Origin: Macrostomum lignano
Taxonomy: Eukaryota
Assembly (NCBI GenBank): GCA_002269645.1
Contig: NIVC01002536.1
Span: forward strand, 1-64,000
Length of the DNA: 64,000 bases
Reading direction: 5' to 3'
Numbering within the stretch: position 1 is the first letter of the stretch; each line of letters opens with the position of its first letter. The notes below the pieces were generated by a model. That model was not told the origin of the DNA. It worked only from the letters and a program-made list of their open reading frames with translations, and made no database searches. The position numbers and the translations under genes are program-made. Shown piece by piece: positions 31,942 through 43,945 of the stretch.

Positions 31942-34900
31942 CTAATCCAACTCAATCCGGACACGTTCGGACAGCTGGCCGGACAGTTCAGCCAATGCGG
32001 CGGCCTCCTCGGCCAGAGGATTGCCGGTCAGGCGCAAAACGCGAAGACGCCGACACGCGGCCAGAGGTCGGCAGGCGTCTGCGTCGGCCAGCCGATTCCG
32101 GCGGGCGTCCAGAGTTTGCAAGAGCTGCAGGCCGGCCACCTGGCCGGGCAGACGGGTCAGGCGGTTGTCGGACAGGTCCAGCTCGGACACGAAAGCAAAC
32201 TCGTGCATTAGTGGCAGAGCTGTGAGGCCCAGACCGGCCAGACTCAGCGTCTCTGGCTCGGACTTGGCCTCCTGTAGGCGAGCTCGGACAGCGAGGCGGC
32301 TGCGGGCGTGACCGTAGGCCCCCGAGCGGGTGGGGTCCAGCTGCGCCAGCCGATCCAGCAGCGGCAAAGCCTCGGCCGGCGTCGGCAGCAGGGCGGCCTC
32401 GGTCAGCAGACCCTGTCGAGAGTCGCCGGCCAACTCGTTGAGCTGACGAATCAAATTGAGCTGCTCGGATCGAAGCGCTTCGTCGACTGCCGACGGCTGT
32501 GTCGGCGACGGCAGCAATCGAAGTCTGCCAGGCGCCGCGGTCGACACAGTCGAACTCATCAGCGTCGAATCGGCGCCGACTGAGACGCGAATAACTTCGA
32601 CGCCGTCAGCGGCCTTGATCGGCAGGCGCCAGAGATGAGCAGCCGGATTGGCGGAGCCGCAGCCGGACACGGCGGCCACAGGCACCGGATCCTCGGCCTC
32701 AAGTCTGCAACCGTCGCCATTATTGCCAGCTGGTAACAGTCGAATGTCGAGCAGCTTAGCTAGCCAGGCCTTAGTAACTGGCCGGCTGAGACACATCAGA
32801 ACGCAGCTGGAAACATTTTCGTCATTGTCCCAGTCTGTATTGTCGGATTTATCGTTTCTCGATAAATAGCGCAGCCACAGAAGCCGCTGGGGCTCGCTAG
32901 GCGGCGACATCAGCCAGCGGTAGTAGGCCCAGGGCGCCGTGTCCGCCGGGTCGCTGAACATCGCCGAGAGAGCCGTGTCCAGCTCGCGCCTGTCGGGTGT
33001 GCACGGATATAGCGAATCAGCGGGTTTAGTTGCTAGGGGTGGAAACAGTTCTAGTAGGACCTTGTCAAATACATCTAAGTCAACATGACCTACCCATCAG
33101 ATACATACGGTCAACAGCAGCCCCTATTAGATTGGTGGGTCAACAGCAGCCACTATTAGATTGGTGGGTCAACAGCAGTCCCTATTAGATTGGTGGGTCA
33201 ACAGCAGCCACTATTAGATTGGTGGGTCAACAGCAGCCACTATTAGATTGGTGGGTCAACAGCAGCCACTATTAGATTGGTGGGTCAACAGCAGCCACTA
33301 TTAGATTGGTGGGTCAACAGCAGCCACTATTAGATTAGTCATTAGTGGGTCAACAGCGAGTCAGGTGCTACATAGAACTCTTCAAATTGCTTCAATTTCT
33401 GCGTCTAAACGGGCCCCTCCTTGCTTTCTGGTCTGGGCAGTCAGTCCTCCATCAGTCTGGGCCAGCAGCAGCCTGGATCGATAATGCCAGGCGCTGAAGT
33501 TGCCCATATTGGCTGTCAGCAGTTTATCCGAGAACGCCAGCTCTTCGCTAGCCGGCACGCCGCCAAGGCGACACACGTGACGCCTGTGATCCCAGCAGTG
33601 GAAATTGCGCTCGTCTCGCTGCAGAAACTGCCTAGTGAGTCGCAGCTCCCCTGCTAAGTCGGCCCGGCTGACTCCCAGACGGTCCAGCGTCCAGGCTCGG
33701 TGATGCCAGGCACCGTAGGATTTGGGATTCTGCATCAGACAGGCGGCGGTTAATTGCAGCTCGTTGCTTAATTGGGCAACAATTGCTTCGTCTGATTGCT
33801 GCTGCTGTTGCTGCTTCTGTTGTTCTTGCTGCTTCTGTTGTTCTTGCTGCTTCTGTTGTTCTTGCTGCTGCTGTTGTTCTTGCTGCTGCTGTTGTTCTTG
33901 CTGCTTCTGTTGTTCTTGCTGCTTCTGTTGTTCTTGCTGCTGCTGTTGTTCTTGCTGCTGCTGTTGTTGCTGTTGTTCTATCTGCTGCAGTGTCTCCCGT
34001 CTGGCCGCCCACAGGGTGCCAATGTCCGGGTTGGCCTGACAGTAAATACGTAGGGAGGCACGAGTTTACATGTAGGCGGCAAATCTTGGAGCAGCAAATC
34101 AATTTGGAATGAGATCGAGAGTTAGGATAATCTGATCTCTTTGAAGCGAGATTTATAGAGTTAGAGGAATCTCACAGTTAATTGAGTGAGATATACAAGA
34201 AAATCACAGTTGGTTGAGTAAGATCTACAATAATCTCACAGATAGTTGAGTAACTTGAGTGCGATCTACATTTTTTTTTATTAGAGGCAGGGGGGTTGTG
34301 TGCACCCTGGCGCACTTTAAGCGACATTGTCACACAACCGGCGAGAGGCATTACTGCCCATTCCGCCGACTCCCCTGAGCAGGCATACAAGCGCGCGGAT
34401 ACGTACGCAGGCACACACTCACACAGGATTGTACAGCGGCCCTAACTTTATTTTATCGTTAGGCATGTACACTTCACTGCGCCTTGGGGGGTTGGCCCTC
34501 AAGGCCGTTAATTGCACGAGCAGAGCCAAGCCGAGATTCCAATTCAGCCCCAAATTAATGTGACTGCACTTGGAATCGAGCCTGGGTCGCTGGCACACCA
34601 GAGCAGCTGCGCTACCGCTGGGCTACGGCCCCCTGAGTGCAATCTACAAGAATCTCACAGTTAGTTGAGTAACTTGAGTAAGATCTACAAGAATCTCACA
34701 GTTAGTTGAGTAACTTGAGTAAGATCTACAAGAATCTCACAGTTAGTTGAGTAACTTGAGTAAGATCTACAAGAATCTCACAGTTAGTTGAGTAACTTGA
34801 GTAAGATCTACAAGAATCTCACAGTTAGTTGAGTGAGATCTACAAGAATCACCCTTTCAAAAAAACAAGATTCTCGCTCTGAATGGAGCAACTCCCATCT

Positions 34901-35338
34901 CTTTTAAGTGAGAGTTAGGACAACCGCACTTAGTTGTTGAGAGATCTTCGAAAAACGACGAAAAAGTGATATGTGAGAAACACATCTATCTATGAGAATC
35001 TCACCCAATCGGGAGTGAGGATTAGGATAGGTAAATCTCACCTCAGTAGCGAGAATCACAAGATGACAAAGTGAATTTCTACTAGCTCACATTTAACTTC
35101 AATACAGCTGGATAAGAAAATTGAATACCTGAAGTAGAGCCTGTGTCACTCGCAGAAGTTGTTCCCGATTTTTGCGCCTTTCATCTGCTTCTAAGCCGGC
35201 CAGAGAATCTTGGCACAACTGTCTCAGCCGCATTGCATCATCCATAGCTGCTCGATATTCAATCACTTTGGCTGCACGCTCTTTAGCCTTAGCGGCTCGT
35301 TGCTCTTCTGTTGTGCGAACTCGGGGTCTGCCATGCAT
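31942..35338 (-). CDS. RABGGTA: Rab geranylgeranyltransferase alpha subunit, 3 exons, ~620 aa
   Basis: Exons 35338-35129 (MHGRPRVRT...), 34035-33425 (ANPDIGTLW, NPKSYGAWHHR, DERNFHCWDHRR, NFSAWHYRSRLL), 32989-31942 (FSDPADTAPWAYYRWL, Ig-like insert, C-terminal LRRs). Exon 2/3 junction requires a GC donor. Confidence 0.93.
33109..33357. repeat. 29-bp intronic minisatellite, ~8 copies
   Basis: GGTCAACAGCAGCCACTATTAGATTGGTG in RABGGTA intron 2. Confidence 0.9.
34271..34633 (-). mobile_element. tRNA-derived SINE, 363 bp, with poly(A) tail and 15-bp TSD
   Basis: Minus-strand head GGGGGCCGTAGCCCAGCGGTAGCG...GGCTCGATTCC (A and B boxes), tail AATAAAAAAAAAA; TSD TGAGTGC(G/A)ATCTACA at 34256-34270 and 34634-34648. 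Confidence 0.85.
34634..34850. repeat. 41-bp intronic minisatellite, ~5 copies, plus a displaced copy at 34205-34270
   Basis: AAGAATCTCACAGTTAGTTGAGTAACTTGAGTAAGATCTAC; period 41 (34651, 34692). Confidence 0.9.
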
Positions 35339-37494
35339 GGCTGGTCTGAAATCATTGACAAATATCTGCCCTTAAAATACTTAGGACCTGGACATTTAGG
35401 CAATGGAAACAAGCATACTCAGTAACATGTTGAAGTTTCCACGCTAAAACCAGTGGCTAACAAGTGACAGTGTTAATTCAACTCTAGATATAACTCTTTA
35501 CTCTCTCTTCACCAGCCTAAGCTGGCATGGGGCCTTGTGATTCAAATTGCATTACCTACAGTTGAAAAATTTACAAGTAATGGTATGAATTATGAGTATA
35601 TCAGTTGGTGCTAAGATCTAAATATATTAAATGCTCAGCTATATTGCATTTTCTTAGTAATAGGATGGGATTCATTCTTTTTCATTTTGGGCAATATTAT
35701 AACCTTTAATTATAATTATCGAGATGGAGCTTTGGGATCAAATAATATTGGGATCTTATTCAAACATTACCTAGTATAGTTATTTTATAACCTTAATCCT
35801 CCAATGGCATATTTTGTTATTCTTGTTTAATTATATTAATAATTATAGGTAAGGTGTTTTCCCTTATTAAAGCTAAATATACATTATGAAATATCAGTAA
35901 CTAGGTAGCTATATATCATTATATGTATGCCTATATTATATAGATTTATATCTTTAAAATAACTGTCTCAAAAAATTATCTACTATATAGGTAATAGGCC
36001 TACATATATTAGTATTAGTAAAGGCCTTAGTGATCGTGTAATTTAAAGACTATAAGTTTAAGATTAGTTAATAAATTAAAATAGAGCATGGTGCATACAT
36101 TTTAGGCCTACTATTACTTGAAACAAAAAAATTAGTTAAACTTATATTTTGATATATTAAAAGGCCTGAGCCTATAACATTGGCCTACTATAATATAGGC
36201 CTAGCCTTAGAATAAGTCATAGTGTATGGCTCTATGAGCCTATACTCTACAGTCTACTCCCACTCACAGTGCAAGCAGGCACATAGCTAGCCAGGAAGCC
36301 AGGCCCATACTTTAAAAAACTGGAAAAACTTCAAAAGGAATTTCTTGACTCAGCAGCTACTGAGCTACTAGATACAGCATTGGAGTAGTCTAGACATAGA
36401 CACACTACAAAATAACTAATCTACCTGGCTACCTCGACTATAAAAATATAGTTTCAACCTCAGTGAATCACTAGTGAGATCGTGATGTGATTTATGTCTC
36501 TGATTTATGGATTTTTCTCTATTCTCAGAAAATATACAAATTAAATTCAATCCACTAATGCAAAAGAATAAATCAAACCATTGCTTTCTTAGAACTTAGA
36601 TAAATTGATTGATTTCTAATAATTTAATTGCTTTCTTTAACTAATTCTATGAATATCAAAAAGAAAGAGTTAAACATATGAAAACGTAATTTTTCTATTT
36701 CTTCCTTTTAGGGTATACTTTCTTAGATATCGTTACCCCCATCCACGCAGCCTATAGCGCGCGCGTGCGTGAAGCGATCTTTCTGGCCGTGGCAATTTTG
36801 CAATCAAGCTATTTACGCTTAGAAAAGAAATAGCAATCGCGCCTTTAGCGGCTGATTAGAAAATAAAACACGTGGCTTATGTGGCATTATAACCTAATAA
36901 GAATTTGGTCGTGTCTTGACTATGCCTTAAATAATTATAAATCACTGGGCTAAGTAAATGAAACAAAGCCTATCAAATTAACACACCCACGTTGTGATTA
37001 GGCCTATTAGGCTATAAATGGGCTCTAGTCTAGGTTTGCGGCGTTTGTCTTAGTTTTTTTCGACCTTTTTTGTGCATTCAGTTAAAAGATTTTGTTGAGC
37101 TGATGATTCTGAAATCTAAATTATCTAATATAATAGGCCTAGGTAGTTTAGTATTACCAAAGGAGCATATTTTGTTCAACTAGGCCTATATATATTTTAC
37201 TGATTTATGTCTGATTTATGTTTATATTCACTTTATAGAAAATTGAATGCTAAATCCAATCCAAAAAGTGTTCTATTTTGAGCATAGGCTAAGTGGCACA
37301 TGACATGACTAAGACTGCCACACACCAAGACCTTTGGCCTGGGCAAGGAGAGACAGCATTTCTCGCGTAGCAAAGATGATGTGCCGATAACCATATTAAG
37401 ATTTGCAGAATGTGGGACAGTGTGACAGTGAGAAACTAGCTAAATATCAATAAAAATGATAATCCTCTGAGAGACAGAGTGTGAGATTAGAGGG

Positions 37495-37600
37495 AAAGAG
37501 AAAGAGAGAGAGAGAGAAAGAAAGAGAGAGAAAGAGAGAGATATATAGAGAGAGAAAGGGAACAGATAGAGATTAAGAGAGAAGAAAGACGGAGAAATGA
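37495..37600. repeat. (GA)n-type microsatellite
   Basis: Directly visible. Confidence 0.75.
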
Positions 37601-39012
37601 AAATGTTCTTGAAATGAACAAGAACATCTAAACATTGTACATGTACAAGTGTGTAATGTATTCAGTATACCAGTATTTTTTTAGAACAAAATAATTGCAA
37701 TGCTTTCTATTATAATGCGTAAAAAACTTGGTGCTATAAATTTGTTATTCTTGCATTTGTTTTTCATTGCTTTCTTTTTTATTTTAGGCGTTACCAGGTT
37801 TACTGCTTATGCAATATATGTTTGTTGCCAAAGTAATCTAAATGTGTCACCGAAGTGACTGTCGCTGAAGTGACTTGTCGCCGCCAAAGTGACTGTTGCC
37901 GAAGTGACCTGTCGCCAAAGTGATTAGTGACCCAATTGATAATGTCCATTTTTCTTTTGTAAAGCCTATCTATTTATTATTGAATAGGCCTTTATTGTTA
38001 ATCTTTAATTTCATGTTTAGATAAGAATTTTTTTATTTTTTAATGATAGGGCCTAGGTCTAGGCCTACTTTTGTAGCCTGGCCCCCCCCCCCCTAACAGC
38101 AACATAGGGCCTATCTCATTGTATAGGCCTAGGCCTATTAAATTTTAAAACTTAAAAGGCCTACAATATTTTCCTAGTCTTAGGCCCATTAGTATTAATT
38201 AGGCCTAGTATTAGCCTATTAGGCTAAGCCTAGGTCTATTATTTATCTGCTTAGGCCTATAAAAGTTAATACTTGTAGTATTGCAAGAAAAGCCCAGGCC
38301 TAGACTAGACCTAGCCCTAGGCCTAGCTTAGCTTTCAGTTTCATTTAAGCTTTTACTTTGGTGATAAAACAAGGTGACCACAAGCCACACTCTGAATCAT
38401 ATAGTATATGCCCAAAATTTGGGTGTGCATTGGCCATGTATGCCAAAAGTAGACATGCACAGTTGGCATGCATCACTCCTAAGAAAATAGTGTATGTGCA
38501 TACCTGGCATGCACTTATAGAATCATGCAGAATTATTTGTGAAGTAGAAAAAAAGATGAAGAAAGTTAATAAGAAAAGATTCAGCTTTTTCTGATCTTTA
38601 GCCTTTTAAAAATTTTGCTAAGCTTATTTTATATAAGGACATAGATATTCTCCTAGTTATAAATTTTCTTTGTCCTTTACCTTTATTATTCAAATGCCAT
38701 AATTTGCTTTTTAGCCTTAATTTTTTAGCAAAAAGGGGACCCAAGAAGACCAAATAAAGTGATCTAACAAGATTCTTAATGTCTTAAATTTCAAGATCTT
38801 ACAAAGTCCAAAATGTTTTCTTTTTTGAGTCTGAGACAGTCTGGAATTGGTAAAATAGGATAAAAGTAGTGTGATTTAATGGGTGTACCAGAGGCAATTA
38901 TAATAGCTGTAAAATGTAATTCCAATCCTAAAATCTTTGATCTCATCTGACATCTATGTTTAATTATAGACAATGCTCATAAAAGTTCTCATAGTGACAC
39001 TAAAATGCACTG

Positions 39013-40497
39013 ATGCTTGAAGTCATGACGCGACCTCCATCAAAGCAGAAAAACAAAAAGCCAACCGCCAAGCGCGTCATTCTATTCGACGAGGCTAAAC
39101 GAGCCGAATACCTGACCGGATTTCACAAGCGCAAAGTGGAACGGCGCAAGCTGGCCCTGCGCAAGGCGGCGGACGAGTTAAAAGAGGAGAAACGGTTGCT
39201 GAAGGAGCGGCACGAGGCGCTGGTGCTGCAGCGGGCGGGAGTTCTGGCACCGGATATGCAGATGATTGAGTGCCAGCCAGTGACTGAGGAGCTGCCTGAG
39301 CACACTGTCACGGTTACTGAGCTGGACCTGCAGCCTACCGCTACTGTGAGCTTGCTGTGCTGTTCTTTATAGCAAATTAACTCTTTAATAAGTCGTTTTT
39401 TAAATTTGAAAATCAGACCCAATGAGAATTTGCCCTCCAACCCCTTAAGAATCGCCCTCCAACCCACTAAAGAATCGCCCTCCAACCCCTTAAGAATCGC
39501 CCTCCAACCCCTTAAGAATCACCCTCCAACCCACTTAAGAATCGCCCTCCAACCCCTTAAGAATCGCCCTCCAACCCCTTAAGAATCACCCTCCAACCCA
39601 CTTAAGAATCGCCCTCCAACCCCTTAAGAATCGCCCTCCAACCCCTTAAGAATCGCCCTCCAACCCCTTAACAATCGCCCTCCAACCCCTTAAGAATCGC
39701 CCTCCAACCCACTGAAGAATCGCCCTCCAACTCACTTAAAAATCGCCCTCCAACACACTGAAGAATCGCCCTCCAGCCCATTAAAAAATCGCCCTTCCAT
39801 TTTTAAAGAATCGCCCTCCCATTTTTAAAGAATCGCCCTCCCATTTTTAAAGAATCGCCCTCCAACCCACTAAAAAATCGCCCTCCAACCCCTAAAGAAT
39901 CGCCCTCCCATTTTTAAAGAATCGCCCTCCAACCCACTAAAAAATCGCCCTCCAACCCACTAAAAAATCGCCCTCTCATTTTTAAAGAATCGCCCTCCAA
40001 CCCACTAAAAAATCGCCCTCTCATTTTTAAAGAATCGCCCTCCAACCCACTAAAAAATCGCCCTCCCATTTTTAAAGAATCGCCCTCCAACCCCTAAAGA
40101 ATCGCCCTCCAACTCACTGGAGAATTCTCATGTGAAACTTAAAAAGAAGTTTATAATACGGTTAGTATACACATCTGGTAAGTGGCATGAAAAGTCATTT
40201 AATTATTGCCAGTATATATTTTGTTTTCTATTTTAGCCGGCACAACAGTCAGGTCCTTCTCAGCCACTACCAGCAATGTGAGCTTGTCAATGCATACTAT
40301 TTTAAATTTTCCTTAACATACTACTTTCCAGTAGGCAGTGCGAGAAACTGATCATTGCTCTCGCGTCTCCGGTCCGCAGATCAAAGAAGAGCTTCAACAA
40401 GAAGTTGAAAGACGAATTGAAGATGAAGCCAAACAAGCGAAAGTTTCAAAGAAAATCCAAGAAGAAGACTAAAGGCAAGAAAAGGTCTAAGAGATAA
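39013..40497 (+). CDS. NOL12: Nucleolar protein 12 (Rrp17 family), 3 exons
   Basis: Exons 39013-39345, 40237-40277, 40335-40497; phases 0/2 fit; hallmark FDEAKRAEYLTGFHKRKVERRK; Lys-rich C-terminus. Start may be the ATG at 39025. Confidence 0.88.
39430..40115. repeat. 22-23-bp intronic minisatellite (AAGAATCGCCCTCCAACCCCTT and variants)
   Basis: NOL12 intron 1. Confidence 0.9.
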
Positions 40498-40820
40498 GCG
40501 ATGTACTTTTACTTTTATTAATCACTGCCTTTATCGAGGTTTTGTTATCTCAAGCATTTTCTTACCTGCTGTCATTGAAGTTTGTAGTATTGTCACCTGT
40601 AAATTTTTAAGCCGAAATATAAAGCAAAACTGAACGCGAGATCATTGCGTGTCTGCTGTGTTGTCAGTGATAAAAAGTTTTCGATTGTAAATGAGCTGAA
40701 TGAAACAATTTTAGTAATAAAAATACGTAAGTGTACGAGTATTTGTAATTTTGACAGAGATTACGTAAACTCATGATATTGGTACATTATTTTCATTTGA
40801 CTTTCGAGACTTTGTTGCGT

Positions 40821-41620
40821 CCCTCCCAGCTCATTGGGTCTTGGTTGCCTCCCAGCTCATTGGGTCTTGGTTGCCTCCCTCCCAGCTCATTAGGTCTTGG
40901 TTGCCTCCCAGCTCATTGGGTCTTGGTTGCCTCCCTCCCAGCTCATTGGGGCTTGGTTGCCTCCCAGCTCATTGGGTCTTGGTTGCCTCCCAGCTCATTG
41001 AGGCTTGGTTGCCTCCCAGCTCATTGTGTCTTGGTTGCCTCCCTCCCAGCTCATTGGGGCTTGGTTGCCTCCCAGCTCATTGGGGCTTGGTTGCCTCCCA
41101 GCTCATTGGGGCTTGGTTGCCTCCCAGCTCATTGGGTCTTGGTTGCCTCCCAGCTCATTGTGTCTTGGTTGCCTCCCTCCCAGCTCATTGGGTCTTGGTT
41201 GCCTCCCAGCTCATTGGGGCTTGGTTGCCTCCCAGCTCATTGGGTCTTGGTTGCCTCCCAGCTCATTGGGTCTTGGTTGCCTCCCAGCTCATTGGGTCTT
41301 GGTTGCCTCCCTCCCAGCTCATTGGGTCTTGGTTGCCTCCCTCCCAGCTCATTGGGTCTTGGTTGTCTCCCTCCCAGCCCATTGGGTATTGGTTGCCTCC
41401 CTCCTAGCCCATTGGGTCTTGGTTGCCTCTCTCTCTCTCTCCCAGCCTATTGGGTCTTGGTTGCCTCTCTCCCAGCCCATTGGGGCTTGGTTGCCTCCCT
41501 CCCAGCCCATTGGGTCTTGGTTGCCTCTCTCTCTCTTTCCCAGCCTATTGGCTCTTGGTTGCCTCTCTCTCTCCCAGCCCATTGGGTCTTGGTTGCCTCC
41601 CTTCCAGCTCATTGGGTCTT
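40821..41620. repeat. 26/30-bp minisatellite (CCTCCCAGCTCATTGGGTCTTGGTTG)
   Basis: Directly visible; source of ORFs 40773..41663 and neighbours. Confidence 0.9.
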
Positions 41621-41844
41621 GATTAACCAATTAAACCAATTAAATGGTTTTCGAATGATCTAGAACTACAAGCTAATTAATTAGGTGTTAGCGGATAAAC
41701 TTATTTATTACTATCCGACAATGCTGGCCACATTTCTGCTAAAATTCAATAACTTTTTCGCTTGTTTTAGCGGAATGCCGCCATTTTTTTTTCACAAATT
41801 TACCACTAAATTTAAAGTTCCGCTAATTTTGACTCGGTTTTTAA

Positions 41845-42146
41845 TAATAATTATTATTATTGATTGCACCCGCCCTAATAGCAAGCAACCGACAGCTCAG
41901 CCGCAGCTATTGCGCGGTGCATCTGAAGGCTGCGTACGGCTGTTCAGTCCAAGGACTGGGGGGTCGCCACACACCCTCAATTATTACCCCAGCTAATGCT
42001 GGCACCCATTTTACAGCTGGGTGAACTGAAGCAATGCAGAGTTAAGTGTCTTGCTTAAGGACACAAATTGTTCCGAGTGGGATTGGGAATCGAACCCCCG
42101 ACCTTCAAGTTCTAAGTCCGACGCTCTAATCACTAGGCTACAGCCC
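41845..42146 (-). mobile_element. CORE-type (MIR-like) tRNA SINE, copy 1
   Basis: Minus-strand tRNA head (TAGCCTAGTG...GGTTCGATTCCC); CORE-like block CCCATTTTACAGCTGGGTGAACTGAAGCAATGCAGAGTTAAGTGTCTTGC; (AAT)n tail. Confidence 0.75.
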
Positions 42147-43053
42147 TCTAGAGACTATAAAAATCGATGAAAATTCAATAAAACAGTTATAATACGAGTA
42201 GTTAAAAGATGAGAAAACTGCATTAGGAATTCTTTAGAAAAAAACGGTTTTCGCTTGCACAAAAACCGTGACGCTGATAAAATGAATATAATTGAATAAT
42301 AAACAGCTTCAATAAAATTCAATAAACAATTGAAATTCTGTTAAGAGCCGTGGAGATGGGGAAAATTGTGTCGGTTGTCTTGAACATGAAAACAAACGGC
42401 GGAAATTACATAGCAAATTCAAGCTGAACAAATAGTTAGGCACTCTGCAGTGTTGCTGTGCTTCTGGCTTGAGCTGGCTTCTAGTGGGCAACTCCGAGGA
42501 ATGAGGATAGAGTGAAGCAGCAGATGCAACAATTGATGCTTTATCTGTCAGTCAGTCGATCAGCGTTTTTTAAATAACCTAATTTTAACTTGGAAATTGT
42601 CTTGAAGTTCTACCTGATACCATTAAAAGGCTTATAAAATGCCAAATACCTTTGACAAGAACACGAGTACTTAATTCTTAAGGCTCCTCTTAGAAGAATA
42701 TCTTTACGGATGTTTTACACTATTAAGACAGAAAAGTTTATTCATAGCGTGCAGATAGCGTCGGCTTTAACTTAAATGATCGAATATGATTTTTTAAATC
42801 TCTTAAAATTTCTACAGGTACAGGTGGAATTTATAATCGAAAAGATTGTTTGAATGCATTTATTTCAATTATCACCTCAGTTATACTCGCGTAGGCAACC
42901 AGAGGCAACCGATTATATGTAGTTGACAACCTGACTAAAATCGGACAAATGTACCAGCGATTAACAGCAAGTTTCGAGGAGATTTTGGGTCAATCAAGTA
43001 GTTTTTTCCAAGTTTTACCGTGCCGCTTCAGATGGTCATCAACTGCTACTCAG

Positions 43054-43723
43054 TCAGCCGTCTAACTGCACCATTATGCGGGTTTCCCGCAGCGATACGA
43101 ATTCTCCGTCAATGTAGTACCAGTTCAGGTACTTTGTCTGCTTCCACACCTCCGTGTTAGAGTACTCTCCATTAGGATTGGCCCTGAAGCAGGCTCCGAA
43201 CCACCAGCCTCCGCCGCCTCCGTAGCTGTCAGAGCAGTCTGCGCTGTGCTGGTCATTGTCCTGGTCGGTAGTGGAGAATTTCATGCCCCGACTGCGTTCT
43301 TGCAGCGAATCCATGGTGATGTTAGACCTCTCACTTGCGTACCTGCAAGGCAGAGGTTGATTAGCTAATTGCTATCGATTGCTAACGTTTTCTGTTTGTT
43401 CCTTTACACGATGGTGAAGGCAAGCTGCTCTATAGGATTATACCCTTGCAATCACAGATGCTGTATTACCTAGATGTGTCACTCCAGCATTCGCTAATGT
43501 ACATTAGAGCATTTAGCAGCTGTCTCCGAGACTCCGAAAACCCCGGGGTTAGGGCCACAGACGCCAGCTGCTGCTCCTTATTCTTGCATGAGAGCAGCAG
43601 AAGCTACAGTCCATGGTCTTCCCCGGGGTTAGGGCCACAGACACCAGCTGCTGCTGCTGCTGATGCTTGAGAGCAGCAGAGGCTACAGTCTGGTCTTCCC
43701 CGGGGTTAGGGCCACAGACACCA

Positions 43724-43759
<36 letters not shown>

Positions 43760-43909
43760 AATGCTTGAGAGCAGCAGAGGCTACAGTCTGGTCTTCCCCG
43801 GGGTTAGGGCCACAGACACCAGCTGCTGCTGCTGCTGCTGCTGCTAATGCTTGAGAGCAGCAGAGGCTACAGTCCATGGTCTTCCCCGGGGTTAGTGCCA
43901 CAGACACCA

Positions 43910-43945
<36 letters not shown>

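Noticed and set aside
33632-34112. Poly-Cys, poly-Leu, AASVVL and ARTT ORFs
   Set aside because: Alternative frames or antisense of the RABGGTA poly-Q tract.
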